64,000 nucleotides of DNA, from the IMG/VR virus record IMGVR_UViG_3300027741_002766, positions 1-64,000 of that record, one strand, 5' to 3'. Positions 24,828-34,934 of this stretch are shown one piece after another. The translations under genes and the position numbers were made by a program. Positions within the stretch are counted from its first letter, which is position 1. Every line of letters begins with the position of its first letter. The notes under the pieces were generated by a model, which worked only from the letters and a program-made list of their open reading frames with translations, was not told the origin of the DNA and made no database searches. The DNA is from a virus.

Positions 24828-26109
24828 TTTTCATCCACCATTCTAATATGTCTGGGCGTGAGCCCAAGATGTCTGTCATTGTCACTTTTTGTGTGCGTAT
24901 TTGTTCTAATTGTAACACACGAGCCTTGCCTTTTGCAAGAGCCGCTTGATACGTCGCCGGCCACTGTTCCGCAAACGTGGGCCGAGTTTTTAATTGTAGC
25001 AGTACATCACGCATGGCACCTGCGGAGCGGCCTGCTAGTTCGTCAACCCATGGGTCCAACAAGCGTCTAGGCAATGCCAGTGGACTCAATACAATATCTG
25101 GACTGAAACTAAATATGACCTTGGCCAACAGTTGTACCCCATACGTCTGTGATAATCTCTCCATTGCATCAACTTCGAACATGCCAGGCAGTGTGAGTGT
25201 AAAATCAAGACGCATTTGTCTAGGGTTTGTTACGTACTGTAGGCCGTGTTCAAAATTACTGATGAACTGTTTGTAATCCAATCCTGTACGAATATATTCC
25301 CCAATCTCGTTAGTTCCATCCAGACTAGCACATATCTGCCAATCTCTAACATGACTGAGAATATCCCCAAAAAGATCCAGGCCCCTATGACTAATTCTAC
25401 TTAGGTTAGTATTATATCTTGCATAAAGTCCGGGTCCATCTCCTAGTTCAATAATGCGCTTCATGTAGCGCCAATGCTGTTCATACATTAGCGGTTCGCC
25501 ACCCACCCAGTATACTTCTTCTACCAGGTGTTGTTCCACAGCCGCACTGAATTCGGCCTCAACTTGATTTTGCTGGAATAATTGTATTGCTCCGCGTATG
25601 TCGTTTCGCATCCAATTGTTTTTGGGATTAGCCCAGTTGACCATGTTGTTCTGTTTTTGTTCACTCTCCCAGGCTGAGGATAGCATGTCTCCGCAAGTAC
25701 GGCATTTAAAGTTACACAAGTTGCTGAACCTATAATCCCATGAAACAGGGCGCATATGAGTCGATCCATCTGAGTCAGTGCTATCCCATATTTCGTCAAG
25801 TCTTCCTTGGAACAGGTGCCAAAAATAATCGCGGTATACGGATACATTGAGTAGTCGGTCATTGCATACTTCACATTCGGGTAAGGTTTCTCCTGCCATC
25901 ATTCGTCTACGCACACTCTTCATGTGTTCACTATTCCAGTGCTGTTCAAGAGTCAAAGGAATATATCGCCCGGTGCCTGATGCAGTGTCAATATACTGTT
26001 CAAAGTTCTGTGCAGGTTCTCTCGACGCACAGCACATTCTACGCTCGGTCTGCGGGCTTAGATAGGTATGCACCCAGGGTGCCAGGCACATGGTATCAGG
26101 TTTCTGCAT
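24820..26109 (-). CDS. radical SAM protein with N-terminal twitch/SPASM domain
   Basis: CLAPW...CC...CEVC; CNFKCRTC; GGEPL. Confidence 0.92.
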   Translation of the reverse strand: MQKPDTMCLAPWVHTYLSPQTERRMCCASREPAQNFEQYIDTASGTGRYIPLTLEQHWNSEHMKSVRRRMMAGETLPECEVCNDRLLNVSVYRDYFWHLFQGRLDEIWDSTDSDGSTHMRPVSWDYRFSNLCNFKCRTCGDMLSSAWESEQKQNNMVNWANPKNNWMRNDIRGAIQLFQQNQVEAEFSAAVEQHLVEEVYWVGGEPLMYEQHWRYMKRIIELGDGPGLYARYNTNLSRISHRGLDLFGDILSHVRDWQICASLDGTNEIGEYIRTGLDYKQFISNFEHGLQYVTNPRQMRLDFTLTLPGMFEVDAMERLSQTYGVQLLAKVIFSFSPDIVLSPLALPRRLLDPWVDELAGRSAGAMRDVLLQLKTRPTFAEQWPATYQAALAKGKARVLQLEQIRTQKVTMTDILGSRPDILEWWMKIA

Positions 26110-26995
26110 ATTCTAATAAGGGTTCAATAATTTCTTCTACAATACGATCTTCTACTCTCTGCTGGTCAAAGAACAAATCGTGGTTATGTTGTAGTCGATC
26201 AATAGTAATAGCATCGTATGGCACAGGTTCAAAGTTGTCAATGTTTTTAATAACTGCATTCAATCGCTGATCAAAATCTTCTATATCATCATATGTCTCG
26301 TCGAATATGTTGTCGAAAGTTTCAAAGCCCATTTGCTTTAGTCTTTTCAAAGTATGTGATTGTCCAGCAATCAAAAATGGATGATAATAAGCACATGCCT
26401 TGAATGTTTTATCTGTTGGCCACCAACAACGACCCACCTGGTGTGTTTCTACAACTACACTGTAATAGGTGTCGTTATACCATTCGGGATTCATAAATCT
26501 TTGCCATTCAGGTAGTGATTTTTCTGCATCGTTTGGCAACTTTTTATCTTGATAACTCCAAACAAAATCGTCAAGTCTTGAACCCAGTGCGTTGACTATG
26601 ATATTTCTGTGTTCTTTTGCTCTATTGATTGGCATAAATGCTATTTTTTTATAACTTTTATCTGGAACATAGTTGTGGTATCCTAACGCTCTCCACCACA
26701 AACTTTCATTATACCAACACCAATTTCTGTTTGTTAATTCATAATAGTTGCTATTGAATTCTGCCTGAGGAATTTCCCATAAATTGTCGATGACAATTTT
26801 GTGTCCTTGACTATGCAATTCGTTTACAACAGGATCATTGACATTCATCCACCAAAAAACAAAAAGTGCGTTTTTATCATAGGTTTTTGTTTGATCGTAT
26901 GATTCAATATCAAAATATTCGCGCCACAGTGGTTCCAGATACCAACTTGTAAAACTAGTAAATTGTTCTGGTTGCAATATCAATTTAATTTTCAT
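26096..26995 (-). CDS. TEK-motif glycosyltransferase-like protein
   Basis: YSVVVET...TDKTFK...HPF...GFETF..FDETYD. Confidence 0.55.
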   Translation of the reverse strand: MKIKLILQPEQFTSFTSWYLEPLWREYFDIESYDQTKTYDKNALFVFWWMNVNDPVVNELHSQGHKIVIDNLWEIPQAEFNSNYYELTNRNWCWYNESLWWRALGYHNYVPDKSYKKIAFMPINRAKEHRNIIVNALGSRLDDFVWSYQDKKLPNDAEKSLPEWQRFMNPEWYNDTYYSVVVETHQVGRCWWPTDKTFKACAYYHPFLIAGQSHTLKRLKQMGFETFDNIFDETYDDIEDFDQRLNAVIKNIDNFEPVPYDAITIDRLQHNHDLFFDQQRVEDRIVEEIIEPLLEYAET

Positions 26996-28187
26996 AATTA
27001 ATCAATTCAGCCAGTTCAGGAGCAACAGTTGCTAGATTCTGATTTCGCCATTGGTCTAATTTTTGTATTTGACGTCGAGTTTCACTGCCATCAGTCGACT
27101 CTCCCTGCATCATAAAATCCACAATACCTGCAAAATCTTGTTTGTATACTGTTTGAGCAGTGGTTAAATGTTTAGCAATGGCTTGTTTTGCTGTGTCAGG
27201 CAAGGCAGCGATAGAAAAATACCAGGCTTCGTGCATGATGTTCCAATACACAAAATCAAAGCCTTGTACACTGATCCAATGCGCCAACTGATCAATGTAA
27301 CGCACATTGAATATGTTTACTGTAGAGCAACATTGTAATTGAATGTTGGTATACTGCTGCCGCAGTTGACGGAAAAGTTCAATGTTTCGTTGCACGTCTG
27401 TCCACTTGGCTCCTGTGCGCTGATATTCAAATCGTTCGCATAAGTCATCAATTGAGAATGCAATCTCTACTGTTTTGAAATGCTTCCAAATGTGTTCAGC
27501 CGCCGCGGGCCATTGTGTGCCATTTGTGTTGTAGTGTATTTCCACTTGATGTGCTATACCACGGTCCACTATGCCTTGCAACATTTCAAAATGTTCCTCA
27601 ATCATGAATGGCTCGCCGCCAGTGAATTCAATGTAGCGAATGTCATTCAACACTGAATCAATTTCGGTCCAAAATTGTGCGTTCTCTCTGGGCCAACGTC
27701 CGGCTTTTAGCATTTGATAGGCGAAACTTGTTTTACTGTGTGCTTCTACAGAATTGGCAATTTCTTCCACAGCAAAACTGCTACTGCTCCAAGATCCACA
27801 TATACGACATTTCAAGTTGCAGATGTTGCCCAGTTTTAAATCCAAGAACATCAATGGTTTGGCTGCCTGAGTCCATTCAGAACTGATGCCCATGTGTTTG
27901 AGTCTATCCAGAGTGTGCAGGCGTTTTGAGACACGTCCGGCATCTTCTTCTGCCCAGCATTTGCGGCACGTGGCTGGTCGTTGACCGGCTAGGAATGCCT
28001 GGCGCAATTGATACATGTATTCACTATTTTGAATCGCTTTAAAATCAGCAGACTTCAAGTTGAACTTGACACTATTACTGTCCACAATCTCGTCATCAGC
28101 AAGACAGCAGGGTCTCACTGTGCCAATGGGGCTGGCTTCTAAACTGATCCAAGGCAATACGCAAAATTTAGGGTGTGGGATATTCAT
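26985..28187 (-). CDS. radical SAM protein with twitch/SPASM domain
   Basis: CVLPW...PCC...CRKC; CNLKCRIC; GGEPF; YNTNG. Confidence 0.92.
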   Translation of the reverse strand: MNIPHPKFCVLPWISLEASPIGTVRPCCLADDEIVDSNSVKFNLKSADFKAIQNSEYMYQLRQAFLAGQRPATCRKCWAEEDAGRVSKRLHTLDRLKHMGISSEWTQAAKPLMFLDLKLGNICNLKCRICGSWSSSSFAVEEIANSVEAHSKTSFAYQMLKAGRWPRENAQFWTEIDSVLNDIRYIEFTGGEPFMIEEHFEMLQGIVDRGIAHQVEIHYNTNGTQWPAAAEHIWKHFKTVEIAFSIDDLCERFEYQRTGAKWTDVQRNIELFRQLRQQYTNIQLQCCSTVNIFNVRYIDQLAHWISVQGFDFVYWNIMHEAWYFSIAALPDTAKQAIAKHLTTAQTVYKQDFAGIVDFMMQGESTDGSETRRQIQKLDQWRNQNLATVAPELAELINYEN

Positions 28188-28941
28188 GTAATGCGCCTTG
28201 TTTTATCAATTCTGGTATGAGCACAGCCTGACACCACATTTCGTGCCCTTGGTGTGAAGGATGTAAATTGTCGTCTATTAAATAGTTATGTGCTCTTGCC
28301 CATGATCCTAGATATTTGTCATGATCATAAAAAAGCCAGGGTCCAGGGTCTAGCACCAATCCAAGTTTTTCAAGTTCTACTGCGTAATCAATCCATTGAT
28401 TGGTACCATCGCCAGGTGACCATAAATCTTGCCAGGCAGTATAGTAGAAAGTGTATCCTCGTTGTTGCAAATAATCAGTTAGTTGTGTCATTGCCAGCCA
28501 AGAAGTCAATGCCAGGCTTTGTTCATTTTGAAATTTTGTATAGTCTACCAGAGTTTTCGCAACAGCAGATCTATTGGGATTTTTGGCCCACCAGTTGCCA
28601 CCCAATACCAGTTCAGTACTTTTTGAGTAACTGTATGTGAACGGATAAGCATCTGCAAATTTGCTCAGTTCTGAACCAGTTATCCAGTCCACTCGTTCCA
28701 CTCCGCTCCACATGACAATGATCAGCAGTTCTGCAGGATCCGGGCAATGTTTTTCAATCCATAAGATGATACTATTTTTGATATGTGTGTTGCCTGCGCC
28801 GGGTATGCCTAAATTACAAATGTCCAGTCCTGCCCATGCAGCCAAATTGTTTCCCCAAGTGCAAGGCGTGTGATGATTATTATGTGTAAAACTACAACCA
28901 GACACTAGTAATTTTTTATACGACGACTCAAACGTTTTCAT
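28168..28941 (-). CDS. SGNH-like protein
   Basis: GCSFT, GAGN, DNLHPS. Confidence 0.65.
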   Translation of the reverse strand: MKTFESSYKKLLVSGCSFTHNNHHTPCTWGNNLAAWAGLDICNLGIPGAGNTHIKNSIILWIEKHCPDPAELLIIVMWSGVERVDWITGSELSKFADAYPFTYSYSKSTELVLGGNWWAKNPNRSAVAKTLVDYTKFQNEQSLALTSWLAMTQLTDYLQQRGYTFYYTAWQDLWSPGDGTNQWIDYAVELEKLGLVLDPGPWLFYDHDKYLGSWARAHNYLIDDNLHPSHQGHEMWCQAVLIPELIKQGALHEYPTP

Positions 28942-30200
28942 TTCAATGCCCCTAATTCAGGCAATGCATGATACCATTTTTCATTTCTGATCTCGTCTAG
29001 TTCGTTGGTTTTACGCCAGAAGGTATCTATCAACTGTGTGTTGTCTGCGGCATTCATAAAGGCAATAGCACTTTCAAAACCTTGCGTGGCACGACCTAGC
29101 GGGTCTCTATCGCTGAGCCAACTCAAATGATTTAGGTATTTGGTGCTGAGTCTTTGTTTGTATTCTTGCGGAGCAATGTCTATTCTATAGTATGCAGGAT
29201 CTTGCAAGATGTTTACATTTAGATCTTGAGGTTGAATCAAGCCAGCGGCACACCATTCTCGATGAAAGTCTGGCAAGTGCCAGGCATTTAATATGCTGAG
29301 TGTAGGTGAGATATAGAAATCCACTTGCGGACATGTTGTAATCATTCGATGACGGTTTTGAACAACATCATACCACCGGGTACCTTTGCGTATGTATTCA
29401 GCGGTCGGGCCCAGGCCATCTAGACTGGCACCAACTGCCACACTCTTGAATTGTCGCCAATATTCAAATACTGAACGACCTTTTAGATCTGTGTGCGTGA
29501 AGTTGGTGTTGTAGATCAGTCGCACATCAAAGCGTCCACGTCGAACAAGTTCCTCTAAGATGTTGTAATGTTCTTCCATCAGCAGGGGTTCGCCGCCAGC
29601 AAAGTAGATTTGTTCTACATAGTCCAAGTGCGGTTCCAGTTGCGTCCACATGTCTGTTTCTGTGCGCCCTGCATAGTTTAATACTGTGTTGCGATCTCGC
29701 CATTCAGGACCTGCTAGTTTTGCTTGGTCTTGATACCATTGACTAGAGAAGATATGCCCGCATGATCTGCACTTTAAGTTGCAAAGATTACTGAAACGAA
29801 TGTCCCAGTAGGTCATTTCAAAAGGATTCTCTTCTAATTTCTTTATGTGATGTCCGTGATGTTTGTTGGCTGATCTGCGGCCCGAAAAGAAGCCCGACGC
29901 TTCTTGTTCATAACAGCGTGTGCAGGCCGCGTGTGGAGTTTCTGTCAGCATATCACCACGCAACTTCTGCATGGGCTCGCCTGTCCATATTTCTTCCAGA
30001 GTATTTGTTCTACAGTTGCCCACAACACCTGGTTTCATTTCAGCATGACAGCAGGGATAGGCCTCGCCGGTGGGATAAGCATGTAAATGTATCCAAGGAT
30101 AGATGCAGAATGTTCGTGAATCTTCTAATAAGAAACGCTCACGCTCAGTGAGTTCTGTTGGGCGCACTAGATCAGTTGAATTATACCGGTATTGAGTCAT
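28938..30200 (-). CDS. radical SAM protein with twitch/SPASM domain
   Basis: CIYPW...PCC...CTRC; CNLKCRSC; GGEPL. Confidence 0.92.
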   Translation of the reverse strand: MTQYRYNSTDLVRPTELTERERFLLEDSRTFCIYPWIHLHAYPTGEAYPCCHAEMKPGVVGNCRTNTLEEIWTGEPMQKLRGDMLTETPHAACTRCYEQEASGFFSGRRSANKHHGHHIKKLEENPFEMTYWDIRFSNLCNLKCRSCGHIFSSQWYQDQAKLAGPEWRDRNTVLNYAGRTETDMWTQLEPHLDYVEQIYFAGGEPLLMEEHYNILEELVRRGRFDVRLIYNTNFTHTDLKGRSVFEYWRQFKSVAVGASLDGLGPTAEYIRKGTRWYDVVQNRHRMITTCPQVDFYISPTLSILNAWHLPDFHREWCAAGLIQPQDLNVNILQDPAYYRIDIAPQEYKQRLSTKYLNHLSWLSDRDPLGRATQGFESAIAFMNAADNTQLIDTFWRKTNELDEIRNEKWYHALPELGALK

Positions 30201-31518
30201 ACCATTCCTTTAGTTCAGGGAACGCTAGACCAAAGTCTTTTGATCTGCGCTGATCATACTGTGTGTAGAACTGTCGAAAATCATTCAATAACTTTGGTCG
30301 ATCAAATGCTTCTGAGTGTGGAGTTTTGACCACATCCAAATAGTCTATCAAGCGTTGTGTGTGATTGACTTCGTGCTCGTGTATGAATTCTGAATCAGCC
30401 CAGTGTTCAAGCCAGGTCTCTAAACGTTGTCTATACACTGTGCGTTGGGCGTCAGGTAGCACCAGGGGTGATTGAAAACTAGGAAATCGTAGAATGTTTA
30501 GTGTAAAAGATACGGCATCACGACCATATTCCAGTTTCCAATTCATTATACATTCCAGCAATTGATCCAAGGTGCTCAAACACAAGGCGTTGATAGTACA
30601 CATCACATGGATACCCCGGAACTGTCCCGAATCCAACAAGCGTTCTACGTTGTTGGCCCAGTCATCCCAGACAAGGCCGTCGCGTATGTACTCTGCTTGA
30701 GTAGAGATTGCTTCATTGCTTGTGTATAGGTCGATAGCCATGCCTCTTGTGGAGTCAAGCAATCGGTCAATGTCAACTTCGGTCCCCAGGTTACTGTTGA
30801 TTGCCAGGCGTGTTGAACTCTTGCCTCGGTTCTCTTTAAACCAGTCAATGAGTCTCCAGGTGTGGGCGGACATGAGGGGCTCTCCTCCGGTGATTCGGAG
30901 TTCTTGTAGAGTATGATGTAGATCACTTTCCCACCAAGCAAAAAATGCGTCAATGTAGGCATTACTCTCCCCGTACGCAAACAGTTGACTAGCATCATGA
31001 GTGTGAGTAAAGTGGTTGCGCCCATCACTGACCAAGTTAGTATAGGGTCCGTTACGCCGAATATCATTAACCCATGTTGTGCTAAAAGCAGGGTTGCAGT
31101 AAGAGCAAGCAAACTGACAAGTGCGGTCAAAAGCAATTTCCAGCGTACGGAGATTGACATCCGCGTGGGGTAAAGTATTTCTGGCTTCATGCAGGGCCTC
31201 TATGGGATATATTTTGCTTTTGTACACACGGTCACTGATGGCATCGCGACCCATGTCTTCAATCTTCCAGCAATATTCACAACCTGCAGGGCGTTCGCCA
31301 GCCAGCATCTTGCGACGATCCTCTTTCTTTTGATCAGTATTGTGCAACAGCCTAGGGTTGGCCCGGACTCGATCACGGTCCACCAAATGGGCTGGAGGGT
31401 GGTGACAACTTGTGGTCATACCAGAGCCTAACCAAATGGTAGCATTGTACCATTTGGCTGCACAAAAACTTTCAGATATGTTGTCTAATACTTGATGTTT
31501 GAATTCTAAATCGTTCAC
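30181..31518 (-). CDS. radical SAM protein with twitch/SPASM domain
   Basis: CAAKW...SCHHP...CEYCW; CQFACSYC; GGEPL. Confidence 0.92.
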   Translation of the reverse strand: MNDLEFKHQVLDNISESFCAAKWYNATIWLGSGMTTSCHHPPAHLVDRDRVRANPRLLHNTDQKKEDRRKMLAGERPAGCEYCWKIEDMGRDAISDRVYKSKIYPIEALHEARNTLPHADVNLRTLEIAFDRTCQFACSYCNPAFSTTWVNDIRRNGPYTNLVSDGRNHFTHTHDASQLFAYGESNAYIDAFFAWWESDLHHTLQELRITGGEPLMSAHTWRLIDWFKENRGKSSTRLAINSNLGTEVDIDRLLDSTRGMAIDLYTSNEAISTQAEYIRDGLVWDDWANNVERLLDSGQFRGIHVMCTINALCLSTLDQLLECIMNWKLEYGRDAVSFTLNILRFPSFQSPLVLPDAQRTVYRQRLETWLEHWADSEFIHEHEVNHTQRLIDYLDVVKTPHSEAFDRPKLLNDFRQFYTQYDQRRSKDFGLAFPELKEWYDSIPV

Positions 31519-32624
31519 AGATTGCTTTGGATAAAATTCACAAAGCGGTCAGGAAATTCATTGAAAATTCGAGCACCTTCTGCCGCCAAGTGTTGTTGAT
31601 TATACTTAGTTACTGCCTGACTTGCAACCAGAAATTCCTCCAGATTGCTCTCACACAAGTCTTTGACAACCTGGGCAATTCGATCCAATCGATCTTGATT
31701 GTTGTCTATTGAATCAAACGATTCGTCAATCAAATGACCAAACGTTTGGTATCCTGCACGGTGCAGGTCTCGGTAAAAGCCACAATTAGCCACTGCCACA
31801 AAAGGATGAGCCATGCCGATAGGTTTGTATATCTTTTCACTGCGTAGGCTGTAGGGATAATCAAACACAGTTTCAGACACCAAACTAAAATAGGTATCTA
31901 TATAGGGTTCAGCACGAAGATACACGTCACCCCATTTGTTGTCAAATAGTTCATGCTTGACAAAGGCATGTTGATATTGATCTCGTTGTCCTGTGTGAAA
32001 TTGTTCTACTTCGTATTCTGGGGGTAACAGTCGTATCAGGCTGGGTCTCTCAAACAAGTCGGTGTCATAGGTGTGATGATATACCGGAGTGATATCAAGG
32101 TTTGTCCAAAGCGCATGATCCAACAATCCTGTGTCACGCATTTTTTCTATCATGTATTTTCTGTGTGGCCTTGTGCGCCCATTCAAGAACAAGAATCGGT
32201 AGGGCTTGTGTGATTTGCTATAGATTTCATCTGCTCTAACACCCTGTTCTGTGTTGCTTTCATAGCACGTGGCTCTATAAGCATAATGATCATACACCAT
32301 GCAGTTGAGTTCAGGTTCCATATCCCCACAGCCAACCAACAGCAATCTCTTTTGTCGAATTAGATCTATCAGTCCTAGGCGTTGACATTGCAGTTTGAGT
32401 GTGATTGACCCTTCCGACGGATTGGCCAGCACAGGCAAGCAAGTTTCAGAGATTTGTTTTACACGATCTGCGTGACGATTTACAGTCTGCCTAGCAAGTA
32501 CCACAATGTCATTGGGCCTGGATGCGTATTGTTCAAAGTCCCAAAATGTATCATCCACAAGATGTTCGATTTCAGGATAGATTTCGCAAGAAGTATCACA
32601 TACAAGTCTGTGACTACCTAGCAT
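31515..32624 (-). CDS. TEK-motif glycosyltransferase-like protein
   Basis: LNGRTRPHR, YFSLVSET...SEKIYKPI..HPF. Confidence 0.6.
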   Translation of the reverse strand: MLGSHRLVCDTSCEIYPEIEHLVDDTFWDFEQYASRPNDIVVLARQTVNRHADRVKQISETCLPVLANPSEGSITLKLQCQRLGLIDLIRQKRLLLVGCGDMEPELNCMVYDHYAYRATCYESNTEQGVRADEIYSKSHKPYRFLFLNGRTRPHRKYMIEKMRDTGLLDHALWTNLDITPVYHHTYDTDLFERPSLIRLLPPEYEVEQFHTGQRDQYQHAFVKHELFDNKWGDVYLRAEPYIDTYFSLVSETVFDYPYSLRSEKIYKPIGMAHPFVAVANCGFYRDLHRAGYQTFGHLIDESFDSIDNNQDRLDRIAQVVKDLCESNLEEFLVASQAVTKYNQQHLAAEGARIFNEFPDRFVNFIQSNL

Positions 32625-34026
32625 GATATTCACATTCTCGCCACCACGATGCCATTTCTGGAAAGGCCGTCAAGAAATCAGTGCCGCGACGTCGATCGTG
32701 TTCTGCAAAAAATCTGTAAAAGTCTGCACGTGCCTGTGAATGATCTTGTGTCTGCGCACTGCGCATCCAGGCAATGTCTCTGTCTAATCTTGCCACTTCG
32801 TAGTCCTTGAATCCTTGATGTGGATATCTAGGATCTTCCAGGTGTTCCAACATAAATGCTTTGACTTCTTCCAATTTGGCAGTATAACTCTCGGGCAAGA
32901 TTTGTAGACTTTGCCAGGTGGGGGTGCGTAACACAGGAGTATCGAACCATATGCGTTGATAGGTTCTGCTGTGTGTTCGTCTCAAAAACAAGATCCAGCC
33001 CAACAAAGATTTCAATCCTGTTACTGAAAGATTGTTCATGGTAATGATAAATGTGAGACTGTTGTAATTGGGTACTTGGGTCAAATAGCGATTGACATTG
33101 TCAAACATTCGCATGTAGTCAAGTCCATGACGTATGTACTCGGCTTGAGCAGGTATACCTGAATCCACACTTACATACTGCATGAAGTGTTCAATGCGTC
33201 CATCACAGATGTTTTTCACATAGCCAAGATATCGTTTGAACAATTCGGGCTCTACTGAAAAGTTCGATGTCACATTCAAGTGTAGTTTTTTGCTGGGATT
33301 GGCCATGACATAATCAAACACCCTGTATGTGTTTTTATCCATCAACGGTTCGCCACCAGTCATACGGAAGTGTTCCAGTTGAGGATATAACTCAGGCCAC
33401 CATGACCAAAATGCATCTACGTAAGGGTTATGGTCCTTTACCGGAATAGGGCGACGATGTCCGGTAAAGTGACTAGGATCGTTATGAACACGGCTAGTCG
33501 GATAGCCGCCCCATCGATCAACTTCCGCTTGCCAAGTGCTGGAGAACTGCGGACTACAATAACTACAAGCAAGATTGCAAGCGTGATTGAAATTAACTTC
33601 GACGTAACTAGGGACAACATCTTCTTCTCCTGAGGAATTCTTTATAGTTTCAAAATCTACTGCGGCCCAGGGCTCCCCTGAACGATAGTGTCTATCACTG
33701 AGTTTGCCTTGGTCTTCCATATTCCAACAGTAAGAGCATTCTGAGGGACGCTCCTGACGTAACATGATCTTCCTTTGTTGTTTTTTGTAGGGCGTGTTGT
33801 GCAGACTGCTGGGGTTGGCCGCCAGCATCTCTTGAGGAATAGGGTGCAAGGGCGGATGATAACATGAGTTATTGAGCCCGGTGGGCAAGTGCAAACTCAC
33901 CTGTTTCCATTTAGCCAAGCATAATGCCGGCCCTAATTCAGACTGCATGTGTTGGGCACTGCTCAAAAATTTTGATTGCAAGTTGTCATTGACATCGTGT
34001 TGGTTGTTTGTTGTGGTTTTGTCCAT
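32614..34026 (-). CDS. radical SAM protein with twitch/SPASM domain
   Basis: CLAKW...SCYHP...CSYCW; CNLACSYC; GGEPL. Confidence 0.92.
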   Translation of the reverse strand: MDKTTTNNQHDVNDNLQSKFLSSAQHMQSELGPALCLAKWKQVSLHLPTGLNNSCYHPPLHPIPQEMLAANPSSLHNTPYKKQQRKIMLRQERPSECSYCWNMEDQGKLSDRHYRSGEPWAAVDFETIKNSSGEEDVVPSYVEVNFNHACNLACSYCSPQFSSTWQAEVDRWGGYPTSRVHNDPSHFTGHRRPIPVKDHNPYVDAFWSWWPELYPQLEHFRMTGGEPLMDKNTYRVFDYVMANPSKKLHLNVTSNFSVEPELFKRYLGYVKNICDGRIEHFMQYVSVDSGIPAQAEYIRHGLDYMRMFDNVNRYLTQVPNYNSLTFIITMNNLSVTGLKSLLGWILFLRRTHSRTYQRIWFDTPVLRTPTWQSLQILPESYTAKLEEVKAFMLEHLEDPRYPHQGFKDYEVARLDRDIAWMRSAQTQDHSQARADFYRFFAEHDRRRGTDFLTAFPEMASWWRECEYHAR

Positions 34027-34028
34027 GT

Positions 34029-34934
34029 CTATAATCTTTTAATCTTTTGATTTTGTGCAAATTTAAATTTATCACCTAATTTGTATTTTTCAAGCCAAAG
34101 CACGGTATACTCAGAAATCACAATTTCTGGGGCAACTTTTTGCAAATACTCCAGGTGTTCAACAGGTGTTGGATGATAATTTCTTTCAATTTCAAAAAAA
34201 TCAAAAGGAAATATCTCTTTGATTTCTTGAAGTATTTTGTCTTTGTGTTTTGTATACCAATTTATATCACATGCTTGTTCAAAAGTTGGCCAATCGGGTC
34301 CGGCACATGATTCATATCTTTTTTTAAATTCTTTGTTCTTGGGCCCAACTAATTTTTTAGAGAAATCACTCTTTCTGCTGGTCCATTCATAATCAAAAAT
34401 AATTTCCAAGTAACTGGGGCATATTTTATCTAGCACATCCGAATACAACTCAATCACATCCGGGTGCTCGGTCTGATTCAGACCGAGCATGTTGAACTCA
34501 ATTGGTACTACAGAGAAAAAGTTATATTTGCATCCAATGTTTTTTAGTATTACATCAGTTGCTTTCATCATTGCCAGATCTCTGATCAAACAGCCGCGTT
34601 CAGTGACAAATTCATTGACCCAGGATTTGGGGTAAATTGTTGAGGTAAAAATATTTCCTGGTCTCAACCACGAATCATTTAGGTAACGATCTTCTCTTGT
34701 GACATTTGCCCAACATATCATCACAGTATCATCTTTGTTGATGTGATTTCTCTGATGGCACTCTATTAGACTGTTGAATATATAATGATTCCCGGTTCCG
34801 GGTTTGCCCCAATTTTCAAAATAGTCATATTCTCGTGCCACAATGTCGGCCCAGGTGGGCCACTGATACTCAGTAAAACTACATCCAAAGGCAAAAAATC
34901 TTTTGTTGTTCATATTGTTCGCTATCATTTGCAT
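34029..34934 (-). CDS. SGNH-like protein (tandem copy B)
   Basis: FGCSFT..WPTWAD, GTGN, YHPT. Confidence 0.7.
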   Translation of the reverse strand: MQMIANNMNNKRFFAFGCSFTEYQWPTWADIVAREYDYFENWGKPGTGNHYIFNSLIECHQRNHINKDDTVMICWANVTREDRYLNDSWLRPGNIFTSTIYPKSWVNEFVTERGCLIRDLAMMKATDVILKNIGCKYNFFSVVPIEFNMLGLNQTEHPDVIELYSDVLDKICPSYLEIIFDYEWTSRKSDFSKKLVGPKNKEFKKRYESCAGPDWPTFEQACDINWYTKHKDKILQEIKEIFPFDFFEIERNYHPTPVEHLEYLQKVAPEIVISEYTVLWLEKYKLGDKFKFAQNQKIKRL

